A stretch of 63,762 bases of DNA, counting the filler, from Octopus bimaculoides (taxonomy: Eukaryota), in assembly GCF_001194135.2 (NCBI RefSeq). It is 5 parts of 4 records of this genome, joined end to end, with 100 filler letters (N's around TTAATTAATTAA, not from the genome) between each part and the next. Parts side by side here need not be neighbours in the genome. Positions count along the whole stretch, not along the records: positions 8,801 to 33,015 come from NC_068981.1; positions 33,116 to 43,355 come from NW_026423624.1; 3 more parts are not named here. The stretch is one strand, 5' to 3'. Below, in pieces: positions 26,575 through 38,837 of the stretch (positions are counted from its first letter, which is position 1; each line of letters opens with the position of its first letter). The position numbers were made by a program, and so were the translations under genes. The notes under the pieces were generated by a model. It searched no databases, was not told where the DNA came from, and saw only the letters and a list, made by a program, of their open reading frames with translations.

Positions 26575-26730
26575 TACTGTGATCTCAGTACGCAACTGGT
26601 ACTTAATTTATTGACCCCGAAAGGATGAAAGGCAAAGGCAAAGCCAACCTCGGCGGAATTTGAACTCAAACAGACGAAATACCGCTAAGCGTTTCGCCTG
26701 GCGTGCTAACGTTTCTGCCAGCTCGCCGCA
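26575..26730 (-). mobile_element. SINE family A, 5' part
   Basis: rc GCGGCGAGCTGGCAGAAACGTTAGCACGCC...GAGTTCAAATTCCGCCGAGG (B-box GAGTTCAAATTCC). Confidence 0.85.
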
Positions 26731-26879
26731 TTCTGTCAATTACATTCACAAAAATGCTATAATAGAGACATGATTTATCAACTTTGAAAAGGATGAAAAG
26801 TAAAGTTAAATCCTGTGGGATATGATCGTAGAACATAAAGAGATAATACTAAATGCTAAAACGAAATACTGTGCTACAG

Positions 26880-27665
26880 GGAAGCATTGCCTCTTTGAGG
26901 CCTGGAAGCGTCCGCAGTCAAACATGACTGCGATGCATGCCAGAGGACGAAACCGTCGTGCACACAATTACTCAGTGTTCGTGCATTAGCGACTTGTCTG
27001 CTTGTGTTGAGCAGCTACTGCCTCGTGTAAAACGAATCCAGCTGTCCACCGAGTTGTCAAAAGATCGGCACACTACCTTGCTTTAGCAGAAAAGGGCGGG
27101 CAGATCTTTCTCTGCTAAGAGACTGTGGCAAAAATGATTTGTGGTGGACCCTTCTAAAAAGTCTGAGGTACTCTCAACTATCTGGCCAAGCTCATCAGCT
27201 TCGGACACTATATTTTGAAGAGGAAGCTAAGAGTAGGGATGGAGGTGCTATCTTTTAGTATCTTCATCAAAGGGTGGACTCGAGCGGCATCACTGGTGAA
27301 GCTGACTTTATATATAATTTGAAGTTTGAGACAAATGATATTAATTTTATAAAATTGCAGAATATCATGCCCACATGATAAAAGTACGCTTTTCTAAATA
27401 GGAAAAAAGAAAATGAAAGATGAAACTTCCCATGCTTTTGAGATAGTAGAGTAATACAGGATATTTTGTGTGAGGTTTTCCTTGAATTTTCATAAGTGGA
27501 CTACTCTGTTACTAGGGATTCCATTTAACAATTATATAGTTTTCAGTATCCTTATTGATGTAGTGTCTCTTCTTGATCAAAGTAAACCTTATCCGTTTGT
27601 GTGTTGTATCTCGTCCTTCCATATTGTCTTGCCTATCTTGAGCCCTAGTGGCCAATAAAAGAAAT
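26880..27665 (+). mobile_element. Decayed L1/Tx1-clade LINE 3' end
   Basis: EDETVVHTITQC (zinc-knuckle ET..H...C), VEQLLPRVKRIQLS, WWTLLK, LISFGHYILKRKLRV..VLSFSIFIKGW; the 3' terminus matches that of the 22871 element. Confidence 0.6.
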
Positions 27666-27669
27666 CATC

Positions 27670-27845
27670 TTTACCTCCGTCTTTACGTTCTGAGTTCAAA
27701 TTCAACCATGGTCGACTTTACCTTTCATCCTTCCGTAATCGATAAAATAAGTATCAGTTAAGCACAGGCTGATGAAATGGGCTTAACCCCTCTCTCGAGT
27801 TTGTTGGCTTTGTACCAAAATTTGAAGCCATTATTATGATTATTT
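27670..27845 (+). mobile_element. SINE family A, 5'-truncated, short (ATT) tail
   Basis: GTCTTTACGTTCTGAGTTCAAATTC...GTCGACTTTACCTTTCATCCTT...CGATAAAATAAGTA. Confidence 0.8.
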
Positions 27846-27849
27846 CATA

Positions 27850-28440
27850 TGCACACAGCAGATTAGAATGTTGGGGGAAAATTCCAAGCAACGGGCTACA
27901 AGTAACTGTAGATGCCAAGTATCTTCATAAATATCCCAGCTGTCCTTGATAATACTCTTTTCTGGGGCTGCACTAAACTAGGTTTTATGCCTATTTCTTC
28001 TATTCATCTATTGAAATCTTTAGTGATAGTTCCTAATGCACCTGTAACTACAGGGACACATTTTACCTGCACTTTCCATAACCTCTGTAAGTCAATGACC
28101 AGGTCCTGATGCTTTGCTATTTCCTCTCTACCTCTCATATTAACGTTCTCATCATTTGGTCTACAAAGTTAATTACCAGTTACTTTCCATTCTCTTTGTT
28201 TACTACTTCTAAATCACACCATCTAGCTTGTTTCACTCTGTCTGAATGTTAAAATCCCGCATCTTATATTTCTTATTTTCTAGCATTTTACTAGACTCAT
28301 GTTCAAACTACTTATCAGTACAGTCAAATCCTAGCTTTCTACATAACTCACCGTGGATTATTTTCCTTTCATGTCTTTTGAAATTATTTCTGTGCCAGTA
28401 TATTACATTCACTAACTATATGAGTAACGCTTACCTCATT
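27850..28440 (-). mobile_element. Second R4/Dong-type LINE 3' fragment (zinc knuckle plus REL endonuclease), decayed
   Basis: VTHIVSECNILAQK...IIHGELCRKLGF...DFNIQT...DLVIDLQRLWKVQVKCVPVVTGALGTITK, with stops and frameshifts. Confidence 0.8.
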
Positions 28441-29254
28441 TGACTTGTTGTTGTTGTTGTTGTTGTTACTGCTGCTGCTGCTGCTGTCGATACCGCTGCT
28501 GTTGCTGATGCTGATGATGATGTGATTGTTATCTATACAGTTACGTTTATAATTATGAAATTATCATCATCGTTGTCATCATCAACATTATTGGTAAGTT
28601 TGTTAATACGATTATGTTTAGTTGATATAGAGACCGTGTTTGTTAACTCCATTGCTATTTATAGAATCATTAGATGTAGCTATAAAGGTAATCTTTTCTT
28701 TATAATAATCTCTATACAGCGATGTGTTATAGCATTAAAAATGTTGCCTTAAGATATCTTCATCAATTGATAGATTAGAAATTCTAGTTGAGACGCGTAT
28801 TATAATCGAATTTATTATACTTCTCGAGTGATTAGAATAAGGTTTACGTCGTTCATATTTCCATCTGGCTTGTGGAAGCGATAGAATAAGTCCGAGTTGT
28901 GATCCAGAAGGATATTCGGGAAGATTGTAACCCTAAGATTAATTTTTACTTGTAATACCTTGGTTGAAGTTGCTAAATAATTTGCTTCACCTCAACAATT
29001 CTGATACGCTGATTGCACTACCACCCATTTCATATGGAATTGTGGATATTCCTGTTGTGAATGTTCAGGTTGTTGGACTCGTTATTCTTACAGCATATCG
29101 ATTATTGACCTGTGTTGGGAGATTAATTTTAAATTGTTGCATATTCTTTTAGAAGTTGAGCGTGCTACACCACTACATAACGTAATAATAAAATGTCATT
29201 TTTATGAAACGTTAGAGTGAAACCATATAATCCATTCGTTCGTTTATATATGGA

Positions 29255-29530
29255 TTAGAGGTTAGGCTACTGCACTTAGGACTTCGATCATGATTTTAAT
29301 TCCTACACCGAGGGGTGGTGAGTTGTGTTCTTGGGCAACCACTTTATCCCAAGTTGCTCTGCGATCACGTCGACAACTAACGCGTGGTATAGTGTGCACC
29401 TGTTCAGACAACGTCGATTTGAAGAAGAGAGTAAGCTACAGTACGGCACATACATTTAATCACTATAAACAAATCATTTGTGCAGATCGTGCGGCAGAAG
29501 TTGAACACTCAAACGTCGCCTTTCACAGAA
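29255..29530 (+). mobile_element. SINE family B variant with tail type ii
   Basis: Degenerate tRNA head, TTGTGTTCTTGGGCAACCACTTTAT...GTTGCTC central domain, tail shared with 1870-1998. Confidence 0.75.
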
Positions 29531-29539
29531 GAGTCCATC

Positions 29540-29820
29540 GTACGTATGTATATGTGTGTATATATGTATATACGTAAGTATGTATGTATATATATATATG
29601 TGTATATATACATACATACATACATGCATACATACAAACATACATGCACACATACATACATGCATGCACGCATGCATGCACGCATGCATGCATACATACA
29701 TACATACACACATACACACATACACACATGCACACATACATACATACATACACACATACATACGTGCGTACGTACGTACATACAAACAAACATACATACA
29801 TACATACATACATACATATG
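29540..29820. repeat. Degenerate (TACA/TGCA)n tract
   Basis: Directly visible. Confidence 0.9.
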
Positions 29821-30150
29821 CAGAGGACTTCTTCGGTAATGACTGACTATGGGATTGCACCGAGAAAATTACCCTCCGAGGCACAAGTGCGGGCAAGGAT
29901 GTTTATGGAAGACCAGCAGTCGCCCATGCATACCGGTCTCCCTTCTCCACACCACCGATGTTATCCAAGGGAAACGCAAAGGCCGATACAGCTTGGCGGC
30001 TGTGACGCCGCAACTCATTTCTACGGCTGAGTGAACTGGAGCAACGTGAAATAAAGTGACTTGCTCAAGAACACAACAAGCAGCCCGGTCTAGGATTCGA
30101 ACTCACAACATCGCGATCGTAAGCACGACGCTCTAACCACCGAGGCATGC
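29821..30150 (-). mobile_element. SINE family B with tail type iii (copy 1)
   Basis: rc head CTCGGTGGTTAGAGCG...GAGTTCGAATCC, central TTGTGTTCTTGAGCAAGTCACTTTATTTCACGTTGCTCCAG. Confidence 0.85.
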
Positions 30151-30499
30151 GCGTTCACATACATACATATACATACATATAAACATATATATGTATATAT
30201 GCCTAATTTTCAACAACTTTCTATTTCATCTTCGACATATTCCTATAAAAGGTTTGATAGCTTTTCTACCATGGGATCTCAGTTAACTACACAACTATCA
30301 TTTTGATTTATATGTCTGTTGACAAACGTAGCAATCTTTTGCTCGAAATAGCAACCACTGAAGTCTTAGCCTTAGGCATTCATCCTAAATGGATTTATGC
30401 CCCTCCCCCCACCACTAGATCAACCCACCTGTCGACATGTTAAAGGTTAGTGCTCCGCTAGGGTTGGAATATAATCGTTCTTAGTTGTTTTATTGATAT

Positions 30500-32840
30500 G
30501 TGACATTTTATGCATGAAAAGTCTGATTTTGCTGCTATAACGCGACCACCGATTTCGCAGATGAGATTATCTCTTGATACTCAAACATGCAGAATTTCAA
30601 CAGTCAACAGTTTTCGAGCATAACATTTCACTATTTGGAGAACATTTTTCATCTTCTCATGCTGTAGGCTATTCCGCCTTGTTATACATCACCATTTGCT
30701 TCTATTCAGTCCAAAACGTTACTAATGTACATATCGGATGTTCAACGACTTAACATTATTGTTTGTGATGTCATGATTTTTTTCCATTTCCTTTTCATTT
30801 CTCTTTTCTTTTCTCTCTTTTGCTTTTTTTGTGCTGGAGACATTTACCAAGTGTTCATTCCGAAGTAATTAATTCGGAAGCCCAAAAATCTTTAGTAAGT
30901 TCACATGATCAATCCATCGCATATACTTGATGACAAAAGGCGTCAACTATTACAGACTCCCCCGTTTCCAGCTCTTCTGTGTCAAGTACAAAGACTCCAG
31001 TTGATATTTAAAATACGCCGTGGACGCTTTTGGTGACATCCTTCTAGTATTTTGATCCTCTGTCTTAGATAAGTAGAGTTGAGATGTGATGAAGCAGGCA
31101 TCTTATATACATGTCTTGGGGATCATACACACATACATACATATGCAGAGGACTTCTTCGGTAATGACTGACTATGGGATTGCACCGAGAAAATTACCCT
31201 CCGAGGCACAAGTGCGGGCAAGGATGTTTATGGAAGACCAGCAGTCGCCCATGCATACCAGCCTCCCCTCTCCACGCCACCGATGTTATCCAAGGGAAAC
31301 GCAAAGGCCGATACAGCTTGGCATCAGTGACGTCGCAACTCATTTCTACAGCTGAGTGAACTGGAGCAACGTGAAATAAAGTGACTTGCTCAAGAACACA
31401 ACAAGCAGCCCGGTCTAGGATTCGAGCTCACAACATCGCGATCGTAAGCACGACGTTCTAACCACCGAGGCATGCGCGTTCACATACATACATATACATA
31501 CATATAAACATATATATGTATATATGCCTAATTTTCAACAACTTTCTATTTCATCTTCGACATATTCCTATAAAAGGTTTGATAGCTTTTCTACCATGGG
31601 ATCTCAGTTAACTACACAACCGCACTCAGGTCTTCAATGTCTCAAACTAAATTAAAGGGTTCTCAATCGCGAAGTTGATTTTGATATGTACAGATCTATC
31701 ACTGAGGCAAAGCTGCACAAAAGAAACCAGTACATTAAATTTCATCTCTTGGACAAGTGTACTGCATTCTCAATACGGCTCTTCTGGAGCAGATCTAAAT
31801 ATCACATTTATTTCTTCATTCTTAATGTAAGTCCAAAATTAGTACTGCACTAAAGAAGAATTTTAATATTTTCTGAATATGTATTTCCCTACTGTCACAA
31901 TTGTCAGCATACTCCAATTTGCAATTAAGAGTTATGAAGGACTTATATTTAGCTTCCAGGTGATTAAGATTAAACAGATGACTTCTTGTGCGATAGTGAA
32001 CAACGATCCCTAGACCAGAACCCTTAAACAATTTCAGCCATCACAACTACGATATATATGGAGAACGAAGATGGTGTTGCTACATTAACCAGTGTAACTC
32101 TATTGAGTTAAACTGTAATCAGTTCCGATAAAGCTCTATTTCAGTTGACGTATCCACACCCACATGAAGGCCTTCATACAATTGTGCATTTGGACAAATA
32201 TATTGACAAAAGTAGGTGGATAAAACAGCTTTAAGACAATCTCCCACATTACTATTTACAGTAGCAAAGACATTCATTAAATCGATGAAATATTAGTAAA
32301 GGGAAAGGCTTCGATCTTTTAACTTCTCCTGAAACTGTATAACGCTAAAACTCATATCTGTGGTACGAGTTTTAGATCTACATCAACGAACTTCGGGAAA
32401 AAGACTCAGTGTGTGTATAGGTGCAGTCGATTGGTTACAAATCTGGGTAATATCTTACCAACAATTACAAGAAACGAAGTACCAGGGAATTTTCAGAAAC
32501 AGACTTGGCGTTTTCTACTTGTACTACGGAATCGGTATATATTCTTTACAATCCTGTGGAACTGGGGAAAAATTCCATTGGTTTAAAGTTGGTGTGGTCG
32601 TATGGTCTGAAAGCACATCCTGTTTTGCATAATCACCTCAGGAAATATACGATAGTCTCATAGATGGGGCCTACTCTTAATTGTTCTGCTCAATGGCAAT
32701 TTTGACTTTTATATTAGGATTAGTAATCGTTTCTTCATAACCAAGACTTTGTGGTAGGTCATCTAGAACTATTTCAAACAGGATTTTATATTAAATTTTC
32801 TTTCTCCTACATTTCAGTTACCAACGCAGATGACTAGGTA
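30500..32840 (-). mobile_element. Old RTE/BovB-like LINE, RT region to 3' end, interrupted at 31130-31620
   Basis: In order on the minus strand: VPQDCK, GTSFLVIVGKILPRFVTNRL, TTDMSFSVIQFQEK...FIDL, YRTRSHLFNLNHLEAK...LEYADN, IKILEGCHQK..RRILNINW, MRWIDHV; heavily decayed. Confidence 0.75.
31146..31475 (-). mobile_element. SINE family B with tail type iii (copy 2, part of a 490-bp duplicated block)
   Basis: Direct repeat of 29821-30150 at an exact offset of 1325 bp. Confidence 0.9.
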
Positions 32841-32946
32841 TTATTGCGGATACAATTCCTAGTGTTACACATCCTAGAGGGCCCAACACACTTAAGTGAG
32901 ATTCAAGTACGTTCGTTCACTATCTTGAGTATTTCTATGTCCACCA

Positions 32947-33015
<69 letters not shown>

Positions 33016-33859
33016 NNNNNNNNNNNNNNNNNNNNNNNNNNNNNNNNNNNNNNNNNNNNTTAATTAATTAANNNNNNNNNNNNNNNNNNNNNNNNNNNNN
33101 NNNNNNNNNNNNNNNATATATATATAAAAGGATATAGGTGAAGCAAAATCAAACGATTTTATCGATAAATTTACCAGTGTGTCGAACACACAGATACAAA
33201 CAGCATTCGTACGTGTGTGCGCGCGTGTACGCTCACATCCGCTTCTTTCTCTATATATATATCTATATATATATATATGTGTGTATATAAAGGTCTCTGA
33301 ATCTATATATACACACACACAGATATTCAATATCTCCCTACTTGTAGTTCATTGAAGTCAATATCCATTTGAAACAGTGCTAACAGCCTACCAGTTATCA
33401 CAACTGTGTGCGTGTGTGCGTTATGTATACCGATCGCATCGCCTGAGCTCTTCTATGGCATGTCATTTGACTGAGCGTGTGTGCGTGTGCGAGTCTGTGT
33501 GTGTGTGTGTGTGTTTATTTCACTGCAGCCATACTGGAGCACCGGCTTGAAATGTTTATTAATCGGCCAAATCGTTTCACATAGTTGTAGTTAAGCTGAT
33601 ATATATCGTGTCGCTTTTTTTTTTGTTCCTTTTTTATTTTTTATCAGGAAATGGTAATCCACGAGAGCGAAAACAGACCAACACACACACATATTATATA
33701 TACATACATACAAAAATGCACACAAATACACACACAAATAGGTTCAACATACACCCATATATTTGTGTGTGCGCGCGTGTAGTGGACATTTGTTATATAA
33801 AATTGTTCTATGCAGTAGAATAATTGTGTTCGGTTCTTCGTTTAGTTTTACCTATGAGT

Positions 33860-34070
33860 TTTAGGGTAAGACCATACTGGAGCACAATCTTGCAGGGATT
33901 CCCTCAATTGCATGCACACCCACATATCGGGTTTCCGCGAAGTTGCCCCTCTACGAATCTCACAAATGCATTCGTCAACCCGTGGCTGCTTATAAAAGAC
34001 ACTTGCTCAAGGTGCCGCGCAGTAGAATCGAACCTCACCACACAATCGAAATTCTTTACCAACACAACAA
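33860..34070 (-). mobile_element. Degenerate SINE family C head region
   Basis: AAGACACTTGCTCAAGGTGCCGCGCAGT.G.A..GAAC motif, also seen at 40162-40190 and (rc) 50725-50765. Confidence 0.65.
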
Positions 34071-34601
34071 AGCTAGATCTGTATTCACATTGAATATACA
34101 TACATGTGTCTATAGATATATTTTCTGCCCATTATAATATTCACATGTAGGATAAATGAATATTAAATCTATGCATGTATTTTCATGGTACTTTATTTTA
34201 GCGCAAACCTGTTCCCGGAACGGATGTAAAGTAAAAGTGACATCAACGGGATTTGAACCCGGAATGTAAAGAATTGTGAAAGAGAAATAGCAGGCATTTT
34301 GAACTGGCGTGTATAGTCTGGCCGCGGTTAGAAGTACGATCAAAGATTCCCGAGCTTTTTAAATATCTTCCTCTCATACGCACACAATATATATATGTAC
34401 ACACATATATACATATTAACATATATACATACGTATACGTATGTATCTATGTACCCAAGTTCGTACATATACACGTACATACACACATATATATTTTTAT
34501 ATATAAATTCACACACATATACGCATATAGCTATGTAGACATAAGTACGTACACATATGCATATATACCTGTACTTATTCATATACATACATGCACACCC
34601 C

Positions 34602-34633
<32 letters not shown>

Positions 34634-35919
34634 ATGTGTGTGTGTTTGCGTGTGGTGTGTGTTAGAGAGAGATTATGATGATATCCAAAGCATCATACCT
34701 TTTTGAAAACAGAGTTAATGTGTGATTTGTAAGGCGATTTAGCTGCTATTTCTAGCGACCACGTAAATGTTCCATTATTGGCTGAAATGCATGTACCTGC
34801 TCGCGTGTGCGTTTGTGTGTGTATGTGTAAATGATGTTCTGAATGCGCGTATATTGGAAATTAATAGGTGTTTGCGAAATATCCACATCGGAATGTGTGT
34901 GTGTGTGCATCAGGATTAGAGAATCTATGTGCATCTATAGATCTGAAAAGAAGTGTGCGCATCTAACTTATTTTGTGCGTGTGAGCGTGCGCGAGAGAAT
35001 ACGTTAAAAGCTTGTGTTTATATACATACACCTGGCCGTGCGTATAATCAATATAAATGACTGTACACCTATATACAATTATGTTTAAGTGCGTGTGTGT
35101 GTATACATATATACATACATATATATAGATATATATATATATATATATATATATACGTACGTGTTTGTATGTACATACACTAGTACGTAGTATATACATA
35201 TATAAACATACATGTTTGTGTATATACATGTGTGTGTTGTATATAATATAGACGAACATTTTGTATGTGGTATAATCGTGAATGTACCTGTGTGTGTGTG
35301 TGTGTGTGTGTGTGGAAATATAAACCTTTAACAACAGTATATATGAGTGTATATACGTGTGTGTGCGCGGAGATATATATATATAAGTACATGTATTTAA
35401 ATACGGAAGAGTGTAGATATCTGTGTATATGTGTATAAATATATATATATCATATATGGGGACTATGTGTGTGCGTATATTCATATATATATATGTGTGA
35501 TGGAGAGACACTCGTCTGATTACGTGCGAGTGTATATACATCTGTAAGAGCCTCTATGCACATCTAATAGTGTGTTTCTATGAGTGTGTATACACACATT
35601 AGTGTGTTTCTGTGTATACAACGTATCGTGGCTATATGAATGTATATACTGTCCTTACAACCATTCATTTTGCCGAAAGCTTTTTATATTTTACCAATCA
35701 AAGTAAATGATAGAACATTAATAGCAATACTATATTATATATCTGTAGAAATATATACTGTATGTATAGGTATACACAGGCATGCGTATGAGTATGTATA
35801 TAAGCTCACGCACATATATGGATATATATATATACACAAGACATGCACGCATACAAGAGAGGAACAAGATGGTTAAGAATAGTTTAAATGCTGTATATAC
35901 ACACTCGTCGTTTGCAGTT

Positions 35920-36111
35920 TGAATGTTCACGAATCCTCACTCCGAGTTTACACTTGGAGATGATCACACCATATCTCTTTCTGTGGAAGAGCATAGGCTC
36001 GAAACGTTAAAGACTTTTTTCACTTCCCGAGCGTTATACTAATACATCTGCTTGTTGTCTACACCACCTGTCTTCATCTTTCGTTTTTTTTTTTTTTGTG
36101 AATTGTCTTCC

Positions 36112-36112
<1 letters not shown>
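35920..36112 (+). mobile_element. Putative Penelope-like element terminal remnant next to (AT)n
   Basis: Carries a minimal hammerhead-like motif of the kind known from PLE pseudo-LTRs; no coding sequence visible. Confidence 0.4.
35976..36013 (+). ncRNA. Minimal type I hammerhead-ribozyme-like motif with variant core
   Basis: TCTTT-CTGTGGAA-GAGC(ATAG)GCTC-GAAAC-GTT-AAAGA: 5-bp stem I, 4-bp stem II, palindromic AC/GT stem III, NUH site GUU; core differs from CUGANGA by A6 to U plus an extra A. Confidence 0.5.
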
Positions 36113-36145
<33 letters not shown>

Positions 36146-37125
36146 TATATANNNNNNNNNNNNNNNNNNNNNNNNNNNNNNNNNNNNNNNNNNNNNNNNN
36201 NNNNNNNNNNNNNNNNNNNNNNNNNNNNNNNNNNNNNNNNNNNNNNNNNNNNNNNNNNNNNNNNNNNNNNNNNNNNNNNNNNNNNNNNNNNNNNNNNNNN
36301 NNNNNNNNNNNNNNNNNNNNNNNNNNNNNNNNNNNNNNNNNNNNNNNNNNNNNNNNNNNNNNNNNNNNNNNNNNNNNNNNNNNNNNNNNNNNNNNNNNNN
36401 NNNNNNNNNNNNNNNNNNNNNNNNNNNNNNNNNNNNNNNNNNNNNNNNNNNNNNNNNNNNNNNNNNNNNNNNNNNNNNNNNNNNNNNNNNNNNNNNNNNN
36501 NNNNNNNNNNNNNNNNNNNNNNNNNNNNNNNNNNNNNNNNNNNNNNNNNNNNNNNNNNNNNNNNNNNNNNNNNNNNNNNNNNNNNNNNNNNNNNNNNNNN
36601 NNNNNNNNNNNNNNNNNNNNNNNNNNNNNNNNNNNNNNNNNNNATATTAATGCATATACGTATATATATATTAATGTATGTATATATATGCATTAATGTA
36701 TATATACATATACATGCATATATATAATATATCAATGTATATATTAATGTATATATGCATATATATTAATGTATATATATATATGTATGGACACATGTAT
36801 GTATACTACACACAAAAATACTCGCACACGCGAAAGTACGACAATCCAGTTAGGGAGACAAAATAGAGAGCAAGGTGTACGTGTATAATAGATACGTACA
36901 CATCTATTGTATATATTATGTGTATATATATACAGAGAGAGAGAGAGAGAGACACACACACACATACATACATACATACACAGATATTCACAATAAATAT
37001 GGGTGTGTGTTTTCTACAAACATTCACTAAGTTTGCAAGTTAAACACCAGTTTATTATATATACCGTGTGTGTACACTAACAATCAGTTTGTGTGTATTA
37101 CACACACACACACACACACACACAG

Positions 37126-37184
<59 letters not shown>

Positions 37185-37761
37185 AATACTTAGGTCAGCG
37201 AAAGTGTATATGAAGCTAGCAATCTATGTTTCAGAACAGGTTCATGTGTTTTTATACACATGCATATACACACACACACACACACACATATACGCGCGCG
37301 ATGTTTGTGCATCGAAATGAATTTATGTTTTGTTTGTACGTGCCGTTACATTTAAATTGATTCCAACTCCGACAGAAAGAGAATGCGAGACAGACAGACA
37401 GATAGATAGATAGACATATATATATAGAGAGAAATTTGTTAGCTACGACGAACAGATTGACAGATAAAAATATATATAGGTGGCTGTAGTGAAGAATGGA
37501 TGGCTCTCTACCTGAGAATTCTCAGGTAGGTTAATCAATCGATATATAGGTGGAAAGCTGGACAAGTATTTTGATTGATGGATATAGCGATAAACAGATA
37601 GATAGATTTGACACACACATACATATATATATATATATATGAATTGATACTGAATGGAAAGAATAATTGTAAGGTAGACAGGTAAGACAGGTAGACAGAG
37701 AGAGATTGATAGATGGAGAGATATAGACAAGCGGATTGTTTGACGAAGAGTTATAGAAAGC

Positions 37762-38050
37762 CAGATAGATGGCTAGGTATAGAACGGCAGATAGATGGCT
37801 AGGTATAGAACGGCAGATAGATGGCTAGGTATAGAACGGCAGATAGATGGCTAGGTATAGAACGGCAGATAGATGGCTAGANNNNNNNNNNGGTATAGAA
37901 CGGCAGATAGATGGCTAGGTATAGAACGGCAGATAGATGGCTAGGTATAGAACGGCAGATAGATGGCTAGGTATAGAACGGCAGATAGATGGCTAGGTAT
38001 AGAACGGCAGATAGATGGCTAGATATAGAAAGGCAGTTAGATGGCTAGAT
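37762..38050. repeat. 26-bp minisatellite CAGATAGATGGCTAGGTATAGAACGG, about 11 units
   Basis: Unit starts at 37762, 37788 and so on; near-perfect copies with a short N gap at 37882-37890. Confidence 0.95.
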
Positions 38051-38192
38051 ATATATAGAAACGCAGGTAGATGGATAGATAGATGGATAGATATTCAAGA
38101 TAGCCAGGTAGATAGATATATCGACAGTTGGATATATAAATAAATTGCCAGATAAATAGGTAAATAGAAAGCTAAACAGATTGGCATGCATG

Positions 38193-38234
<42 letters not shown>

Positions 38235-38764
38235 CTCTCACACACACACACAAAGTGAAGAAGTAAATGAAGAGACTGGCGCACACACACATACACAGCT
38301 GGATTCCGCTAACACGAGATATTTTCCTAGATACAGACAGATCCTAGTTATCCTAAACAGACTGACGGATTCTTGAAAAATCTCGTTGTTATTATCCGAG
38401 ATAGACAGACAGATGAGAGAAAAATTCGGACGTGGTGGAAAAATTGTGAATGTGAGTGTATAATGTATTTTACCAAGCAGATGAAGACAAATTCATCGAG
38501 GAAGAACGTGAGAGAATTGCCAAGAAATATAAATATAAAGGAGAGACGGTAGGTGTAAGCAGACGATGATATATATATTGACTGACAGCAGACGATAGCT
38601 AGATAGATAGAAGCCTTAGAGGGATAGACAAAATCAACTAGATAGTTAGGTAGATAGAGATAATCAGACGATCGACCGATCGATCAATCGATTGAGATAG
38701 ATAGATTGATAGATGACAGTGTAGGGGAAAACAAGCCCATCAGGAATTGAAAAAAAATCTGACG

Positions 38765-38837
<73 letters not shown>

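Noticed and set aside
29584-31359. Repeated ORF MQRTSSVMTDYGIAPRKLPSEAQ... as a duplicated gene
   Set aside because: It is the antisense strand of a SINE in a local duplication.
37762-38050. 26-bp repeat as a CRISPR array
   Set aside because: Head-to-tail units with no spacers, eukaryotic context, no cas genes.
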